From IMG/VR virus record IMGVR_UViG_3300025127_000012: a stretch of DNA of 64,000 bases. One strand, written 5' to 3'. The translations under genes were made by a program, and so were the position numbers. Positions 17,438 through 27,128 of this stretch are shown here, piece after piece. This stretch comes from a virus. Under the pieces are notes generated by a model that saw only the letters and a list, made by a program, of their open reading frames with translations, was not told where the DNA came from and made no database searches. The stretch's first letter is position 1, and each line of letters begins with the position of its first letter.

Positions 17438-18183
17438 TAAGTTTGAAATCCAAGATTGATTTTGCTAACAAGATACTCTCTTACCATACCAGATCTTACG
17501 ATATCTTCAATACCAAACTCTGTACAATCAAATGATGGCATTGTCTGTAAGATCTTCATGAAGTCTAACACACCTGTTCTCTCGTTTGTTTTTGTCAGGT
17601 CAGACTGTGTGTAGTCTCCTGAGAATATGATCTTAGCATCTTCACCTACACGAGTAATGATTGAATCAAGTTCGTGGAAGTTTAGATTACTAAACTCATC
17701 TACTATTATAACACACTTATCCAAAGTGACACCCCTTATAAATGATGTCGACCAAAAAGAAACTGTCTGCTGTGCTCTAAGATTATCGTATAGCATTTCA
17801 AATGATGAATCATCAGGCATCTTGAACATGTACTTCACCATATTCTTATATGGTATCTGATACAGGTTACTCTTGTCCTCATGATCACCTGGGAGGAATC
17901 CTATCTCTCTTGTAGGTACAAGTGAACGCACCATGTACACCTTATCGTATGGAGTAGAAGGATCTAATACATCTTGCATTGCAAGATACAAACTAATAAA
18001 AGTCTTACCTGTCCCTGCTGCACCATGAAGGACTAAGTTCTTTCCTTCTTTGTATGCATCAAAGACTTTCTTTTGGTTATCTGTAAGAGGTTCAATCACA
18101 CTGAGGTGATCGATATTAATTGGTGTCTTTCTACGCATAACCTTAGTGGGTATGTTTGCTAATGACTTCTTTGGTCTAGGCAT
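17437..18183 (-). CDS. phoH: PhoH-family ATPase
   Basis: GAAGTGKT Walker A, RSLVPTREIGFLPGD, FIRGVTL, IVDE, TRVG, GD..QSDL, DIVRSG. Confidence 0.96.
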   Translation of the reverse strand: MPRPKKSLANIPTKVMRRKTPINIDHLSVIEPLTDNQKKVFDAYKEGKNLVLHGAAGTGKTFISLYLAMQDVLDPSTPYDKVYMVRSLVPTREIGFLPGDHEDKSNLYQIPYKNMVKYMFKMPDDSSFEMLYDNLRAQQTVSFWSTSFIRGVTLDKCVIIVDEFSNLNFHELDSIITRVGEDAKIIFSGDYTQSDLTKTNERTGVLDFMKILQTMPSFDCTEFGIEDIVRSGMVREYLVSKINLGFQT

Positions 18184-18413
18184 TATGTGTATTGAGAAAG
18201 GTTCGCTTTCGGATGTTCTGCTGAGATCTTTTGCATGACCTCCTTGAATCCATCAGTCTGTTTTGGTTTACCATATATGGTACCACCAGTTCCTGCTGAC
18301 CAGTCTTTATCCCAGTCTGGATTCGCTGCTCTCCACTCATCGTATGCTTTCATACTCATAGAGAGTTCTTTCTTTTCTCCTGTTTTCTTATTTATTAGAG
18401 GGTAGGTAGGCAT
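18183..18413 (-). CDS. Conserved hypothetical (FmdB-like) protein
   Basis: MPTYP..N..TGE.KE..MS...Y..W...NPDW; start set at ATG 18413. Confidence 0.75.
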   Translation of the reverse strand: MPTYPLINKKTGEKKELSMSMKAYDEWRAANPDWDKDWSAGTGGTIYGKPKQTDGFKEVMQKISAEHPKANLSQYT

Positions 18414-18414
18414 G

Positions 18415-18705
18415 TTACTGGATAATAGGCATTTGATTTGTTGGATAATCTTCTGGTGAAGGTCCAGGCATAGGTTCATATCTCGGTGCTCTGTCAGCAG
18501 GAGAAGGACCAGTTGGTCTTCTGTAAAGCATAGTCTCTATGAGTAAGTTTATATCAGCAGAGATTTGCTGATTTGTCTCCGCCATAGTTCGGTACCCTGT
18601 ACCTACTACGATCTGCCCCGCCACCACTGAAAGACATGCAGTCCCCCAGAAAATATAATACCATTTAGTTTTCACTTGGTTTTTAAGTTTGCGTACAACT
18701 TTCAT
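18415..18705 (-). CDS. Hypothetical membrane protein
   Basis: WYYIFWG..LSVVAGQ hydrophobic helix, Pro-rich tail; start set at 18705. Confidence 0.7.
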   Translation of the reverse strand: MKVVRKLKNQVKTKWYYIFWGTACLSVVAGQIVVGTGYRTMAETNQQISADINLLIETMLYRRPTGPSPADRAPRYEPMPGPSPEDYPTNQMPIIQ

Positions 18706-18707
18706 AA

Positions 18708-19415
18708 TTAATCGATCCTCAAACAAGGTTGTATTGATGCTGCGTAGTCATCTAATTCATCACAATCACAAGAACCATCACACCATTCTAGTGCTTCGGA
18801 TATGATTGGAAACTGACATACGAAATGACGTTTAGCGAGTGAGACTACATCCATGTGTTCCTTCTGTGTACCGTTGGCACTACGAAGTTCTATGTAATGT
18901 ATCCACGATCTCAAACTACCTGTCATGTATAGTTTGGTTGGAGTTGCAAGAGGGAGTACAAATCTAGCACACTCTTTTGCAATGCCATCAGCAAGCATCT
19001 TCTTATATAATTCCATACCATGCTCGAAGTGATCTTGGATCAAGATCTCATACTTCTGGATCATAGTAGGATCAAGGTCATTGATACTGTTCTGTCTGTT
19101 CTTACTGTCTTGTCGACGTAACTCAGGAACTTCAATGTCACCTAGCATACTGCTGTCAGCATATCTCTGACTAAATTCTTGGAATGTAAAAGAACGATGT
19201 CTAAGTATCTGTGCAGCAAGTCCTCGTGTAGTTTCAATTTGTAATGTCATACTTGCCTGTTCAAATACAGACCAGTGACCATGCTTAATACAATACTTTA
19301 ATAGTCCTGCAACCTTTGGATTATCTTGGTTGTTAGGGTTACTAACACGAGCAATATATCCTATTGTTTTTTCTGCATCAGGTGTCACAGAAATTAAACA
19401 TACTTTTGGGTTCAT
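18708..19415 (-). CDS. thyX: Flavin-dependent thymidylate synthase ThyX
   Basis: H.SVFE, QILRHRSFTFQEFSQRY ThyX signature, ECARFVLP, LRSW.HYI.LR. Confidence 0.96.
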   Translation of the reverse strand: MNPKVCLISVTPDAEKTIGYIARVSNPNNQDNPKVAGLLKYCIKHGHWSVFEQASMTLQIETTRGLAAQILRHRSFTFQEFSQRYADSSMLGDIEVPELRRQDSKNRQNSINDLDPTMIQKYEILIQDHFEHGMELYKKMLADGIAKECARFVLPLATPTKLYMTGSLRSWIHYIELRSANGTQKEHMDVVSLAKRHFVCQFPIISEALEWCDGSCDCDELDDYAASIQPCLRID

Positions 19416-19696
19416 CTTACAATAAATCTAGTCAAAATATATAATGCTACCGATTTCACATATCCGATAGCGGGTAATCCAAATAGAGCAGGCATACATA
19501 TGTTCCATGCTGCCCAAACAAAAAATGGTAGGATTGCTATGCCAAGTAAGAAGTCAAGAAGCACCTCACCTTTATTAAAACCCCACATATATGCAGGATC
19601 ATCTTTTGGGTCTGGTTCCTTCTTAAAAGGAGACATGTTATACATCACCTTCTTTTGCGTTTCTTCTTCCCTGTGTCCTCCTGTTGTTCTAACCAT
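19412..19696 (-). CDS. Hypothetical membrane protein (start uncertain)
   Basis: WN..MP.LFGLP.IGY...ALY.L two-helix motif. Confidence 0.65.
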   Translation of the reverse strand: MVRTTGGHREEETQKKVMYNMSPFKKEPDPKDDPAYMWGFNKGEVLLDFLLGIAILPFFVWAAWNICMPALFGLPAIGYVKSVALYILTRFIVR

Positions 19697-19911
19697 AATC
19701 TTGGTTGTATTCTCCCTTCGGTTTGTTTCCAGATCATCTTTGTGTCTTTGTAATTATCATAATAAAAGTCAAAGATGTCTGCTTGTTTAGATGACATTAC
19801 TATGTCGTGTGCGATCTTGGTACCATCGTTATACGAGATGAGGTATGAGTTTGATGGTAGTGATCTATCGTTTGCGTCTTCTGGTTTACAATCTCTTTTG
19901 AGTTGTTTCAC
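19645..19911 (-). CDS. Conserved cyanophage hypothetical protein
   Basis: DC.PE.A.DRSLP.NSYL..Y; GTG start at 19911 overlaps upstream stop. Confidence 0.7.
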   Translation of the reverse strand: MKQLKRDCKPEDANDRSLPSNSYLISYNDGTKIAHDIVMSSKQADIFDFYYDNYKDTKMIWKQTEGRIQPRLWLEQQEDTGKKKRKRR

Positions 19912-20339
19912 CCTCGATTCCCCCACTTGATTTGTGGAAATGTTTCTTCGACGCATGCCTTAGTAATTTTGTATCTCTTGTTAAGGATACCATCCTTTGC
20001 AAGAATAACAACCTTCGCTTCATCAGGGTGAAGTCCTTCTAGTAATTGAATGAACATTTGTTCACGTCTCATACGAGGAATGTTAGAACCACCTTTAAAG
20101 AAGTGATGTAGGATTCTACCTTCTTTCTCTAACTTGGTATGCTCTGTACCTTCGGGTGCATCATTCTCTTTGAAAGGAGGTGTACCCTCTGGCAATAAAC
20201 ATTGTAATGAATCATCATAGTTGATGATAAAGATAGACCTAAGCGTTTGAGAATCATTATCTCTAAGGATTTTGATCTTCTGTGCTTTTGTCTTTGCATT
20301 ATGTGCTTTTTGTAGCACCTCTGAGATCAGTAGTCTCAT
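19908..20339 (-). CDS. Conserved T4-like hypothetical protein
   Basis: LLPEG.PP....D.PEG; RRE.MFIQLLEGLHPDEA. Confidence 0.8.
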   Translation of the reverse strand: MRLLISEVLQKAHNAKTKAQKIKILRDNDSQTLRSIFIINYDDSLQCLLPEGTPPFKENDAPEGTEHTKLEKEGRILHHFFKGGSNIPRMRREQMFIQLLEGLHPDEAKVVILAKDGILNKRYKITKACVEETFPQIKWGNRG

Positions 20340-20375
20340 AATTAAAAATCAGTTGTTGGTAGGTAAGAATATTTA

Positions 20376-20618
20376 TTAGTCTTCTTCCTCATCATATATT
20401 GTATCATCATCATCGGGAAAACGCAAGTATATCATCTCTTCCCCACTTAAATTACCTTCTTCGTCATACATTTCTGGATGTAAGACTGCCTGTGTGTAGT
20501 CTTTACGTTCTACCCAAGTATCATAAGCATCTTTCAACTGCCATGATAGGCATGCACCTATTAAGAATGCTCCAACAGTCAAGACGGATACAATGTAAAT
20601 GAATGCGGGATCTGCCAT
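20376..20618 (-). CDS. Hypothetical membrane protein (DUF2973-like)
   Basis: N-terminal TM helix, HPEM.DE.G motif, acidic tail. Confidence 0.7.
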   Translation of the reverse strand: MADPAFIYIVSVLTVGAFLIGACLSWQLKDAYDTWVERKDYTQAVLHPEMYDEEGNLSGEEMIYLRFPDDDDTIYDEEED

Positions 20619-20639
20619 GTCTCTCTCCTGTTGTTTTAG

Positions 20640-20996
20640 TTATTTAGTCGCTTTCTTTTTACGACCTGGTTTGCGTTCAGCATGGTAGGTCCATGCATCA
20701 TTCAACATACCATAAAGGTAGTCTTTAATCTTTCTTGCCTTTGGTTTTGGTATGTGACCGTACGCTTCAAGCAACTGTTTGTCACCACCTTTGATGTAAC
20801 CTTCCAGTTGCATTATGATGTCATTGATTTCAGTTGCTGTGGTTGACTCAATAAATCTGTCTACTGAGGGACGAGTCCACTTCCCTGCTTTTAGATATGG
20901 ATAGACCTTGAAGAGAAACTTACCATCTGGTTTCACTGCTGCATCTATTGCACGTTCAATCAGTTCGTAAAATTCCTCTTCATTAATCTGGTTCAT
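20640..20996 (-). CDS. Conserved cyanophage hypothetical protein
   Basis: FIES.TA, GG.KQL.EAYGHIPKPKARKIK; start set at 20996. Confidence 0.8.
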   Translation of the reverse strand: MNQINEEEFYELIERAIDAAVKPDGKFLFKVYPYLKAGKWTRPSVDRFIESTTATEINDIIMQLEGYIKGGDKQLLEAYGHIPKPKARKIKDYLYGMLNDAWTYHAERKPGRKKKATK

Positions 20997-21244
20997 AGAT
21001 AGTTGCCTTCTCTCAAATATGAAATGGTCTCGGTGCAACCACCTTTCTTGACTCCATTGATAAGAATCTGTGGGAAGGTTGCAGTCTGTCCGAACTCTTG
21101 TTTGAATTGTTCGCGAGTAAACTGTTGACCGAGTGAGTACTCAGTATACCCCCAACCCTTTGTTTTGTAAACCTCTTTGATTTTTGTGCAGTAAGGACAA
21201 CCAGATCTAGTATAGATTACGGTGCCACCAGGATTCTTTGACAT
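20993..21244 (-). CDS. nrdC: Glutaredoxin
   Basis: CPYC active site, TFPQI, GGC. Confidence 0.93.
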   Translation of the reverse strand: MSKNPGGTVIYTRSGCPYCTKIKEVYKTKGWGYTEYSLGQQFTREQFKQEFGQTATFPQILINGVKKGGCTETISYLREGNYL

Positions 21245-21257
21245 GTTAATAAAGGAA

Positions 21258-21281
21258 TAAAAAAGGGAGCGTAATGCTCCC
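21258..21281 (-). terminator. Rho-independent terminator
   Basis: Minus GGGAGC-ATTAC-GCTCCC-TTTTTT. Confidence 0.8.
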
Positions 21282-21304
21282 TGATATTTAGTTTGGTATT
21301 GAAC

Positions 21305-21676
21305 TTAGAATGTGTACTTTACACCCGCCTTACCAGACCAGTCTACGTCGTCTTTGTTAGTAGCACCAGATAGTTCTCCGTATACACCAACTTTATCGTT
21401 GATTGCCTTACCACCACCGATGTAACCGATTAGTTCAGTGTCACCGAACTCATCAGCAGTCTCTGTGTGAGTTGTTGTAGGACCACCAGATACATACCAG
21501 TCAATTCCATTAGGAGTTGTTCCTTCGTATCCAAGTTGGAATTCCCATGTACCAGACTCATATGCTCCATCAGGATATGAACCACTTGCTTCTACATTAA
21601 CGTAAGGACCTGCAAACGCAGCACCAGAGAATAGAAGAGGAGTTGCAGCAAGTGCTGCGATTGTTGATTTGATCAT
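21305..21676 (-). CDS. Small outer-membrane beta-barrel (porin-like) protein
   Basis: Signal peptide ..GAAFA|GPYVNVE; amphipathic beta strands; C-terminal KAGVKYTF. Confidence 0.7.
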   Translation of the reverse strand: MIKSTIAALAATPLLFSGAAFAGPYVNVEASGSYPDGAYESGTWEFQLGYEGTTPNGIDWYVSGGPTTTHTETADEFGDTELIGYIGGGKAINDKVGVYGELSGATNKDDVDWSGKAGVKYTF

Positions 21677-21689
21677 TGTTGTTTTTATT

Positions 21690-21775
21690 ATCTCGCAAGA
21701 AAAATCCCTGCGGATGTGAGACTACACCGACATGTGTGTCTATTATCTACGCAGGGGCACGATCTTTCGATCCCT
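21690..21775 (-). ncRNA. Structured 5' leader of the porin-like gene (unassigned motif)
   Basis: GATC-GAAA-GATC hairpin; CCCTGCG...CGCAGGG stem enclosing AGAC/GTCT and ACAC/GTGT. Confidence 0.5.
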
Positions 21776-21789
21776 TTGTAATGTTATTT

Positions 21790-21818
21790 AGTATACATTT
21801 TCTTTGGGATCTTGTCAA
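21790..21818 (-). promoter_or_regulatory. Sigma70-like promoter
   Basis: TTGACA-17nt-TATACT followed by a CTAAATA late-like box. Confidence 0.8.
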
Positions 21819-21821
21819 GCG

Positions 21822-22370
21822 TTAGGAAAAGGTAACAACCAACACTACCCTGCGTTTGCTGATAGGAGGTTTCATACAGTGCCAACCATCAAAGATAACG
21901 ATGTCATCCTCTAAGGGTTGGTGCATTTCCTGCGTGACAAATTCCTCATTAGTTATGATAGTCGGACCTCCTGCATCTGTCAAGTACACGATCAGATTAT
22001 GATGTGGGAACTGGTGATCTATGTGAGGAGGAGTGCTCCTTGGATTGTTGGAAGGGTGTACACAGTTAGCATTGACCCTGTATATACAGTTGACTGGTAT
22101 GTTATTGAAATCAAAGATCTCATGTACCATTGGATAAACATTCTGGAACTGCTGTGATTGAACAGTAGGGAAGTAATGCTCTCCTATCGTACCAAACTTA
22201 GGACGTGATAATAGTTCATGACTATACCACCCATCTAAATTGTAGTCAGTTCCTTCTGAACCTACGACTGTGGTTGGTTTATAGTACCATGCAAAGTCAC
22301 CTTTGAGTAGTAACTCTTTTGTCTGATGATATAGTTGAGTGTCGGGACACTTCAAATGTGTGAATGTCAT
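21822..22370 (-). CDS. 2OG-Fe(II) oxygenase
   Basis: R.N.N, PHIDH (HxD), IVYL...G.T, FDG.H, RRVVLV. Confidence 0.8.
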   Translation of the reverse strand: MTFTHLKCPDTQLYHQTKELLLKGDFAWYYKPTTVVGSEGTDYNLDGWYSHELLSRPKFGTIGEHYFPTVQSQQFQNVYPMVHEIFDFNNIPVNCIYRVNANCVHPSNNPRSTPPHIDHQFPHHNLIVYLTDAGGPTIITNEEFVTQEMHQPLEDDIVIFDGWHCMKPPISKRRVVLVVTFS

Positions 22371-22663
22371 TTAGATAGGAAGTCTTTTACGTCTTTTACT
22401 TCTTCTGGTGTTAGTTCTGGTTTCTCTTCTTCCTTCACCTGTTCTATTCTAGTGGGTGGTGCAGGCATGTCAACCTCTTTCATATCTATTCTGTCTAATT
22501 CACCTTGCCAACCATGATAATATTTCTTCATCTTTTTCAGCATCTTCTTACGACCCTTGGGATCGTTCTCATACTTACCTAGGACCTTCGTCAAGGCATT
22601 CATTCTACGGACCGAGTGCATAAGACTACGATCAACTGCATTCTCACCAAATCCTTGTGGCAT
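22367..22663 (-). CDS. Hypothetical protein
   Basis: ORF track; overlaps neighbours operon-style. Confidence 0.65.
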   Translation of the reverse strand: MPQGFGENAVDRSLMHSVRRMNALTKVLGKYENDPKGRKKMLKKMKKYYHGWQGELDRIDMKEVDMPAPPTRIEQVKEEEKPELTPEEVKDVKDFLSK

Positions 22664-25600
22664 TAGTAAACCTCATCAATAGTTAGTTTAAATTTAATTC
22701 GATCAACTTTCTGATCTGACTGACAGAGATACCAGAGATTAGAATCTCTATTGTGTGACTCCTGATAGAAAACTTCACGAGGTGTGAATCTTTCTGGATC
22801 GGATTCTCTATCCTCTGCTTCTAGTATGATTTCTCTGGGTAGAGAAACGTTAGTACCATTATCCCTAGGATAGTATGGAGTTACAGATCCTGCAACGTTC
22901 TGATATTTATTCTTCTGTGCTTGGACAGGAGGGTATTCAAATTCAAACTCTTGATTTATTTGGTATGCGTCACCTTCGGTAACACCAAATACTTCTACCC
23001 CTGCACACCAGTATATACTATTTCCATACCTTAAATCAACCCCATCTACAAAGTCAGTAGGAGGTACAGTATATGGCCAGAATGCCATCCTTACCTTTCC
23101 GTTGGGAAGTGTATCTACGATACGTTCCTGTGCACCAAACTCACCTAACACATAGTCATGCATGAATGACATCTTACTATACTGTCCGTTAGATGTTGGT
23201 ACAGTACCCATAGGATATCCTCCTGCGTTACCGTTAGTAATACCACTAGCATAGTATGCATCAAGTAAGTTATGGAATGCTTGTTTGTTTGAACCACTTG
23301 CCCCAGGTGCTTTGTAGTGTCCAAACCATGCAGTAAATCCATTCTTGTTACTGTGCTGGAAGAAGTTACTGTCTACCTTCAATCCTAAGTCACCTTCGAT
23401 AGTCTCAGAGGGTCTACATATGAGTCCACGATTGAACTCAAAGAGTGTGTTGTAATAGATACCACGATCACCAGTGGTACCAGACCTTGTGTATGAACCA
23501 TCAGCATCATGATTACTAGACATGATGATACCTCTTCTACCATTGCTACCACCCTCATAGAATCCAGGGAATCCATTCCTGCTATTGTCACCCATTTGTT
23601 GTCCCCACTCAGAACCACCATAGTAATTGTCATTCCAGTATGTGTTATCAGCAACCTGTTGTCCGTTGTCCCACACTACAACCTTATCAGTCCATGACTG
23701 TGCTCTGTTGTCCCAGAGTTGTATGCTGAGTTTCTTGATCCTACCTTGGTTACCTGTGTCAGTGTCTGTCCTAGGTGAGTTAGATGCAATTCTACTACGT
23801 CCTGCTGCTTCTCCTGCTGCTGGTGACGTAACTAGATTAGTTGACCATGGTTTCTCGAACTGTTGTGATGCTACATCCATCATGATCAGACCAAAGGAAC
23901 ACGATCCTGCTGCTGGTCCCTTGCTTATCTCTTCGAGTTTATATGTCAGTGTGTCACCATCTGCAACAGTAAACTGTGCAAATGTATGTCCTATCCTTGG
24001 CCATGTTGCAACGTTTGCTGTGTAATCTACGAGAGTAGAACCATTCTTCTTAAATGTAAACCGATACTTAATCTCCTCTGCCTCTGGTGCACGAATCATT
24101 ATTCCATATGCTTTCAGTTCCAGTGTGCCTGCTTTCAATGCTGTAATAGTTTGTGTCCTATTAACCTCTGCTGAATACTCACCACTACATACACCAACAG
24201 ATGCATTCTCTTGTCCAGTAGCAGAACTCTGAGGTACAGGTGAACCACATCCAGTACGAGTCACAGTAGTCTCTTCAAAACAATTATCAAACTGTGGATC
24301 AGTGCATTTCTCTTTTACAATGACAGGTATCTTAACTGGGTCAGGCATGTCCTCACCGAACACATATCCTTCTATACCTTCATACTTGTAGTCAGACCCA
24401 GGTTGCATCATTTCATAGTACACCTTGAAGTCATCGTAATCATCATCACCATTCAATAGATCTTCCCACCACTGCCAGTTCTCTGAGTTGAATCTAACCT
24501 TAGATACATCATCTGGATTCATCCTCCTATTAGAGAAGAACACCCAGTCAGATTGTGACGATGCACTGTTCTTATACCCACCACTGTTAGCAGTAAATGT
24601 TATGGTCTGTCCATCTGTCAGTCCATTGTTACCACCGTTAGGAACTAAGAAGAATACAATCTCTTGGTTAGGATATTGTTCTAGTACACTGATAGGAATC
24701 TTATACTGTGTTGTATCAACATTCTGTTTTACTCTTCCTTTAATAACTCGTGCCCAAGATATACTATCTCCTGCTGCATTTGTAATAGCAACACCCCATG
24801 AACTATCATACCCTGCATTTCCAGCAATAATATTATATGAAACGATGACAGGTGCTGCTGGTCTGTTCATGATCCTATACGACAATCTGTTTGGTAAGTA
24901 TGTCGCTGGTTTATCTGTCTGTTGTGCTTTGACTAATGAATACTTGTGGTCAGGAGAAGGACCAGGGGTTACTTCTGTTAGAGTTCCTATCCTGAGTGTA
25001 GCATTACAATCACTACCATCACCGTCTCTTAAACATAAGAACTCACCCCCATCTTTCACAGTGGAGGAATAGTTTATACCAGACACAGCATACGACTGTC
25101 CTGCTGTCACATTAACCATCGTTGATGAGTTACCTTTCCTACCTGATCGTGTGAACGTTGCTCCTGCAACAGTCAGTGTATCAAATGCAGTTCCTGCTGT
25201 GCTTGGATTATCTGACCATCTCATATCCAACTTCACACTACCAGTTCCTGATCCACCTATCACTAAGTCAGTGCCTTGGAATGATGCTGTTATTGCTGGT
25301 GATCCTCCACGATAATATCTGTGTAGTTCTTCTACCTGTTCACCTTGTGACAATGCTGCTACTGCATCCGAAGGTGTCTTGTACACATACCCTAGTATCT
25401 CACCATTCATCATGCCTGCTGCGTTCATAGTAGCACGTTCTCCACTTCCCGCAGAGTCAGGTACACCTGGGTTAGTAACTAAGAATGTATCTTCTGTACT
25501 TGGAGAATAGAATCTATAAAGTGGTACAGTTCCATCTAATTGTTGACCTAGGATATAGAATGCAGGGTCTGATCCCACAGAGACGTATCCTGCTTTATCT

Positions 25601-27081
25601 GGGGCGGGTGTGAGACCATATCTACTGTCCTCTGCACCACCACCTATGATTTCTAATGTGACAGTTAGGTCTCTCAGACCTGGGTTCCATGTATGTGTTG
25701 CTGTTGTACCTATCGCAGGCAGTGTACCTGTCCATGACTCTACCCACCACTCAGAGTCATACTCACTACCATTTACTACACCTCTTGCTTTGAATGTAAT
25801 AGTGGCACTACCCATAGTAACTGTTCTTGTTTGTGTTGTAGTGCTATTGAAATATAAAGTACCTGATTCACTGAGTACTTTACCACCCTTATAGTTTCCT
25901 GCTACATCAGTAGTAACAACTCTAAGGTTATGTTTAAGAGCAGCAGAACTACCACCAACTGCATTAGAGAATGGTGCTATTGATACATTGGGTTGTGCAT
26001 TTCCTTTTGCATACTCATATATTCCTATGCGTGGACCGTTGCAGTTCTCTATACATATCTCACCAGTGGTAGCATTCTCTCCTCTGAAATAGAATGACTT
26101 ACAGTCAGCACCTGGGGTTCTCCATGTGCCTGTGACATAGGGTTTGAATATACAGTCGACTGCATCTTTAACACACTGTTCCCACCCTGGATCTCCATCT
26201 TCATTGAGTCCTTTACATACGAGTTCTCTACCACTTTCTAATACAATATAGATTCCTTCTTTTGCTTGTTGTGGATCTGTACTTTTCTTAACACTACCAT
26301 CTGCCAGTCCATTCATGACCTCTTCACAGTCATCATTAAGATCACCTGGGTTTGGCATCGTGGGTGGCATTGAGATAGGACCTACGTCACCGAACTGACA
26401 TATAGTAAGGTCAGGGAAGAGTTCACATAACCAATCAATAGGACCAACAGGATCTAGTTTGATTACATCAATACCACTAGGACCAATCGCTTCTTGTACT
26501 GGTGCTAGATCAACAGCAGGGTAACATCTTTGTACTATATCTCTGATGACCTGACCTGGGTTGATCGTTGCAACAGCAGGAGGTTCACCCTGTCTATTAC
26601 GAATTGGTTTACCAGTAGAAGGTGTGAGTGGTGGAGAGATAGGACCATAACACTGGTCTACGATCTGTCTTATTGCTTGTCCTGCTGGTGTTGCTGCTGG
26701 TGGTGATGGTTCTCCTTGTCTTTGTCTAGGATACGCACCCTTATTTGATGGTGCTAGTGCAATAGGTGTACCATCATAACAATTATCTACAATTCTTCTT
26801 ATTAAATCTGATGGAGACGCAGCAGGAGGTGGTACTGAGTCATCTACTGTCGGTGGTCTTGCTGTACTTACTCGTGGTGACCCTGGTGCATCAGGTGTAA
26901 CACTAGGTATACTCTCAACAACATAGCATCCACCAACAGATATCCGAATGTTCTCACCCGCAGGAGTGGGTGGAGTTGGAGGAACTTCACCCTGTCTTGC
27001 TCGTGGATAACTATTGCTTGTGGTACTACTGGGTAGCAGTGGTATTCCGTCCGAACCGTAGCAAGGATTTCCTGCAACCAT
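22663..27081 (-). CDS. Large multidomain virion structural protein (1472 aa)
   Basis: Pro-rich repeated N-terminus; beta-rich modules incl. VPLYRFYSP..DTF and WEDL..GD.DYDD; late-like GATAAATA upstream. Confidence 0.75.
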   Translation of the reverse strand: MVAGNPCYGSDGIPLLPSSTTSNSYPRARQGEVPPTPPTPAGENIRISVGGCYVVESIPSVTPDAPGSPRVSTARPPTVDDSVPPPAASPSDLIRRIVDNCYDGTPIALAPSNKGAYPRQRQGEPSPPAATPAGQAIRQIVDQCYGPISPPLTPSTGKPIRNRQGEPPAVATINPGQVIRDIVQRCYPAVDLAPVQEAIGPSGIDVIKLDPVGPIDWLCELFPDLTICQFGDVGPISMPPTMPNPGDLNDDCEEVMNGLADGSVKKSTDPQQAKEGIYIVLESGRELVCKGLNEDGDPGWEQCVKDAVDCIFKPYVTGTWRTPGADCKSFYFRGENATTGEICIENCNGPRIGIYEYAKGNAQPNVSIAPFSNAVGGSSAALKHNLRVVTTDVAGNYKGGKVLSESGTLYFNSTTTQTRTVTMGSATITFKARGVVNGSEYDSEWWVESWTGTLPAIGTTATHTWNPGLRDLTVTLEIIGGGAEDSRYGLTPAPDKAGYVSVGSDPAFYILGQQLDGTVPLYRFYSPSTEDTFLVTNPGVPDSAGSGERATMNAAGMMNGEILGYVYKTPSDAVAALSQGEQVEELHRYYRGGSPAITASFQGTDLVIGGSGTGSVKLDMRWSDNPSTAGTAFDTLTVAGATFTRSGRKGNSSTMVNVTAGQSYAVSGINYSSTVKDGGEFLCLRDGDGSDCNATLRIGTLTEVTPGPSPDHKYSLVKAQQTDKPATYLPNRLSYRIMNRPAAPVIVSYNIIAGNAGYDSSWGVAITNAAGDSISWARVIKGRVKQNVDTTQYKIPISVLEQYPNQEIVFFLVPNGGNNGLTDGQTITFTANSGGYKNSASSQSDWVFFSNRRMNPDDVSKVRFNSENWQWWEDLLNGDDDYDDFKVYYEMMQPGSDYKYEGIEGYVFGEDMPDPVKIPVIVKEKCTDPQFDNCFEETTVTRTGCGSPVPQSSATGQENASVGVCSGEYSAEVNRTQTITALKAGTLELKAYGIMIRAPEAEEIKYRFTFKKNGSTLVDYTANVATWPRIGHTFAQFTVADGDTLTYKLEEISKGPAAGSCSFGLIMMDVASQQFEKPWSTNLVTSPAAGEAAGRSRIASNSPRTDTDTGNQGRIKKLSIQLWDNRAQSWTDKVVVWDNGQQVADNTYWNDNYYGGSEWGQQMGDNSRNGFPGFYEGGSNGRRGIIMSSNHDADGSYTRSGTTGDRGIYYNTLFEFNRGLICRPSETIEGDLGLKVDSNFFQHSNKNGFTAWFGHYKAPGASGSNKQAFHNLLDAYYASGITNGNAGGYPMGTVPTSNGQYSKMSFMHDYVLGEFGAQERIVDTLPNGKVRMAFWPYTVPPTDFVDGVDLRYGNSIYWCAGVEVFGVTEGDAYQINQEFEFEYPPVQAQKNKYQNVAGSVTPYYPRDNGTNVSLPREIILEAEDRESDPERFTPREVFYQESHNRDSNLWYLCQSDQKVDRIKFKLTIDEVY

Positions 27082-27104
27082 AAAAAAAGACCTAGTATAG
27101 GTCT
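27082..27104 (-). terminator. Rho-independent terminator downstream of the manA-like RNA
   Basis: Minus AGACCTA-TAC-TAGGTCT-TTTTTT. Confidence 0.7.
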
Positions 27105-27128
27105 AGTTATTTATCCATGATATAGAAG

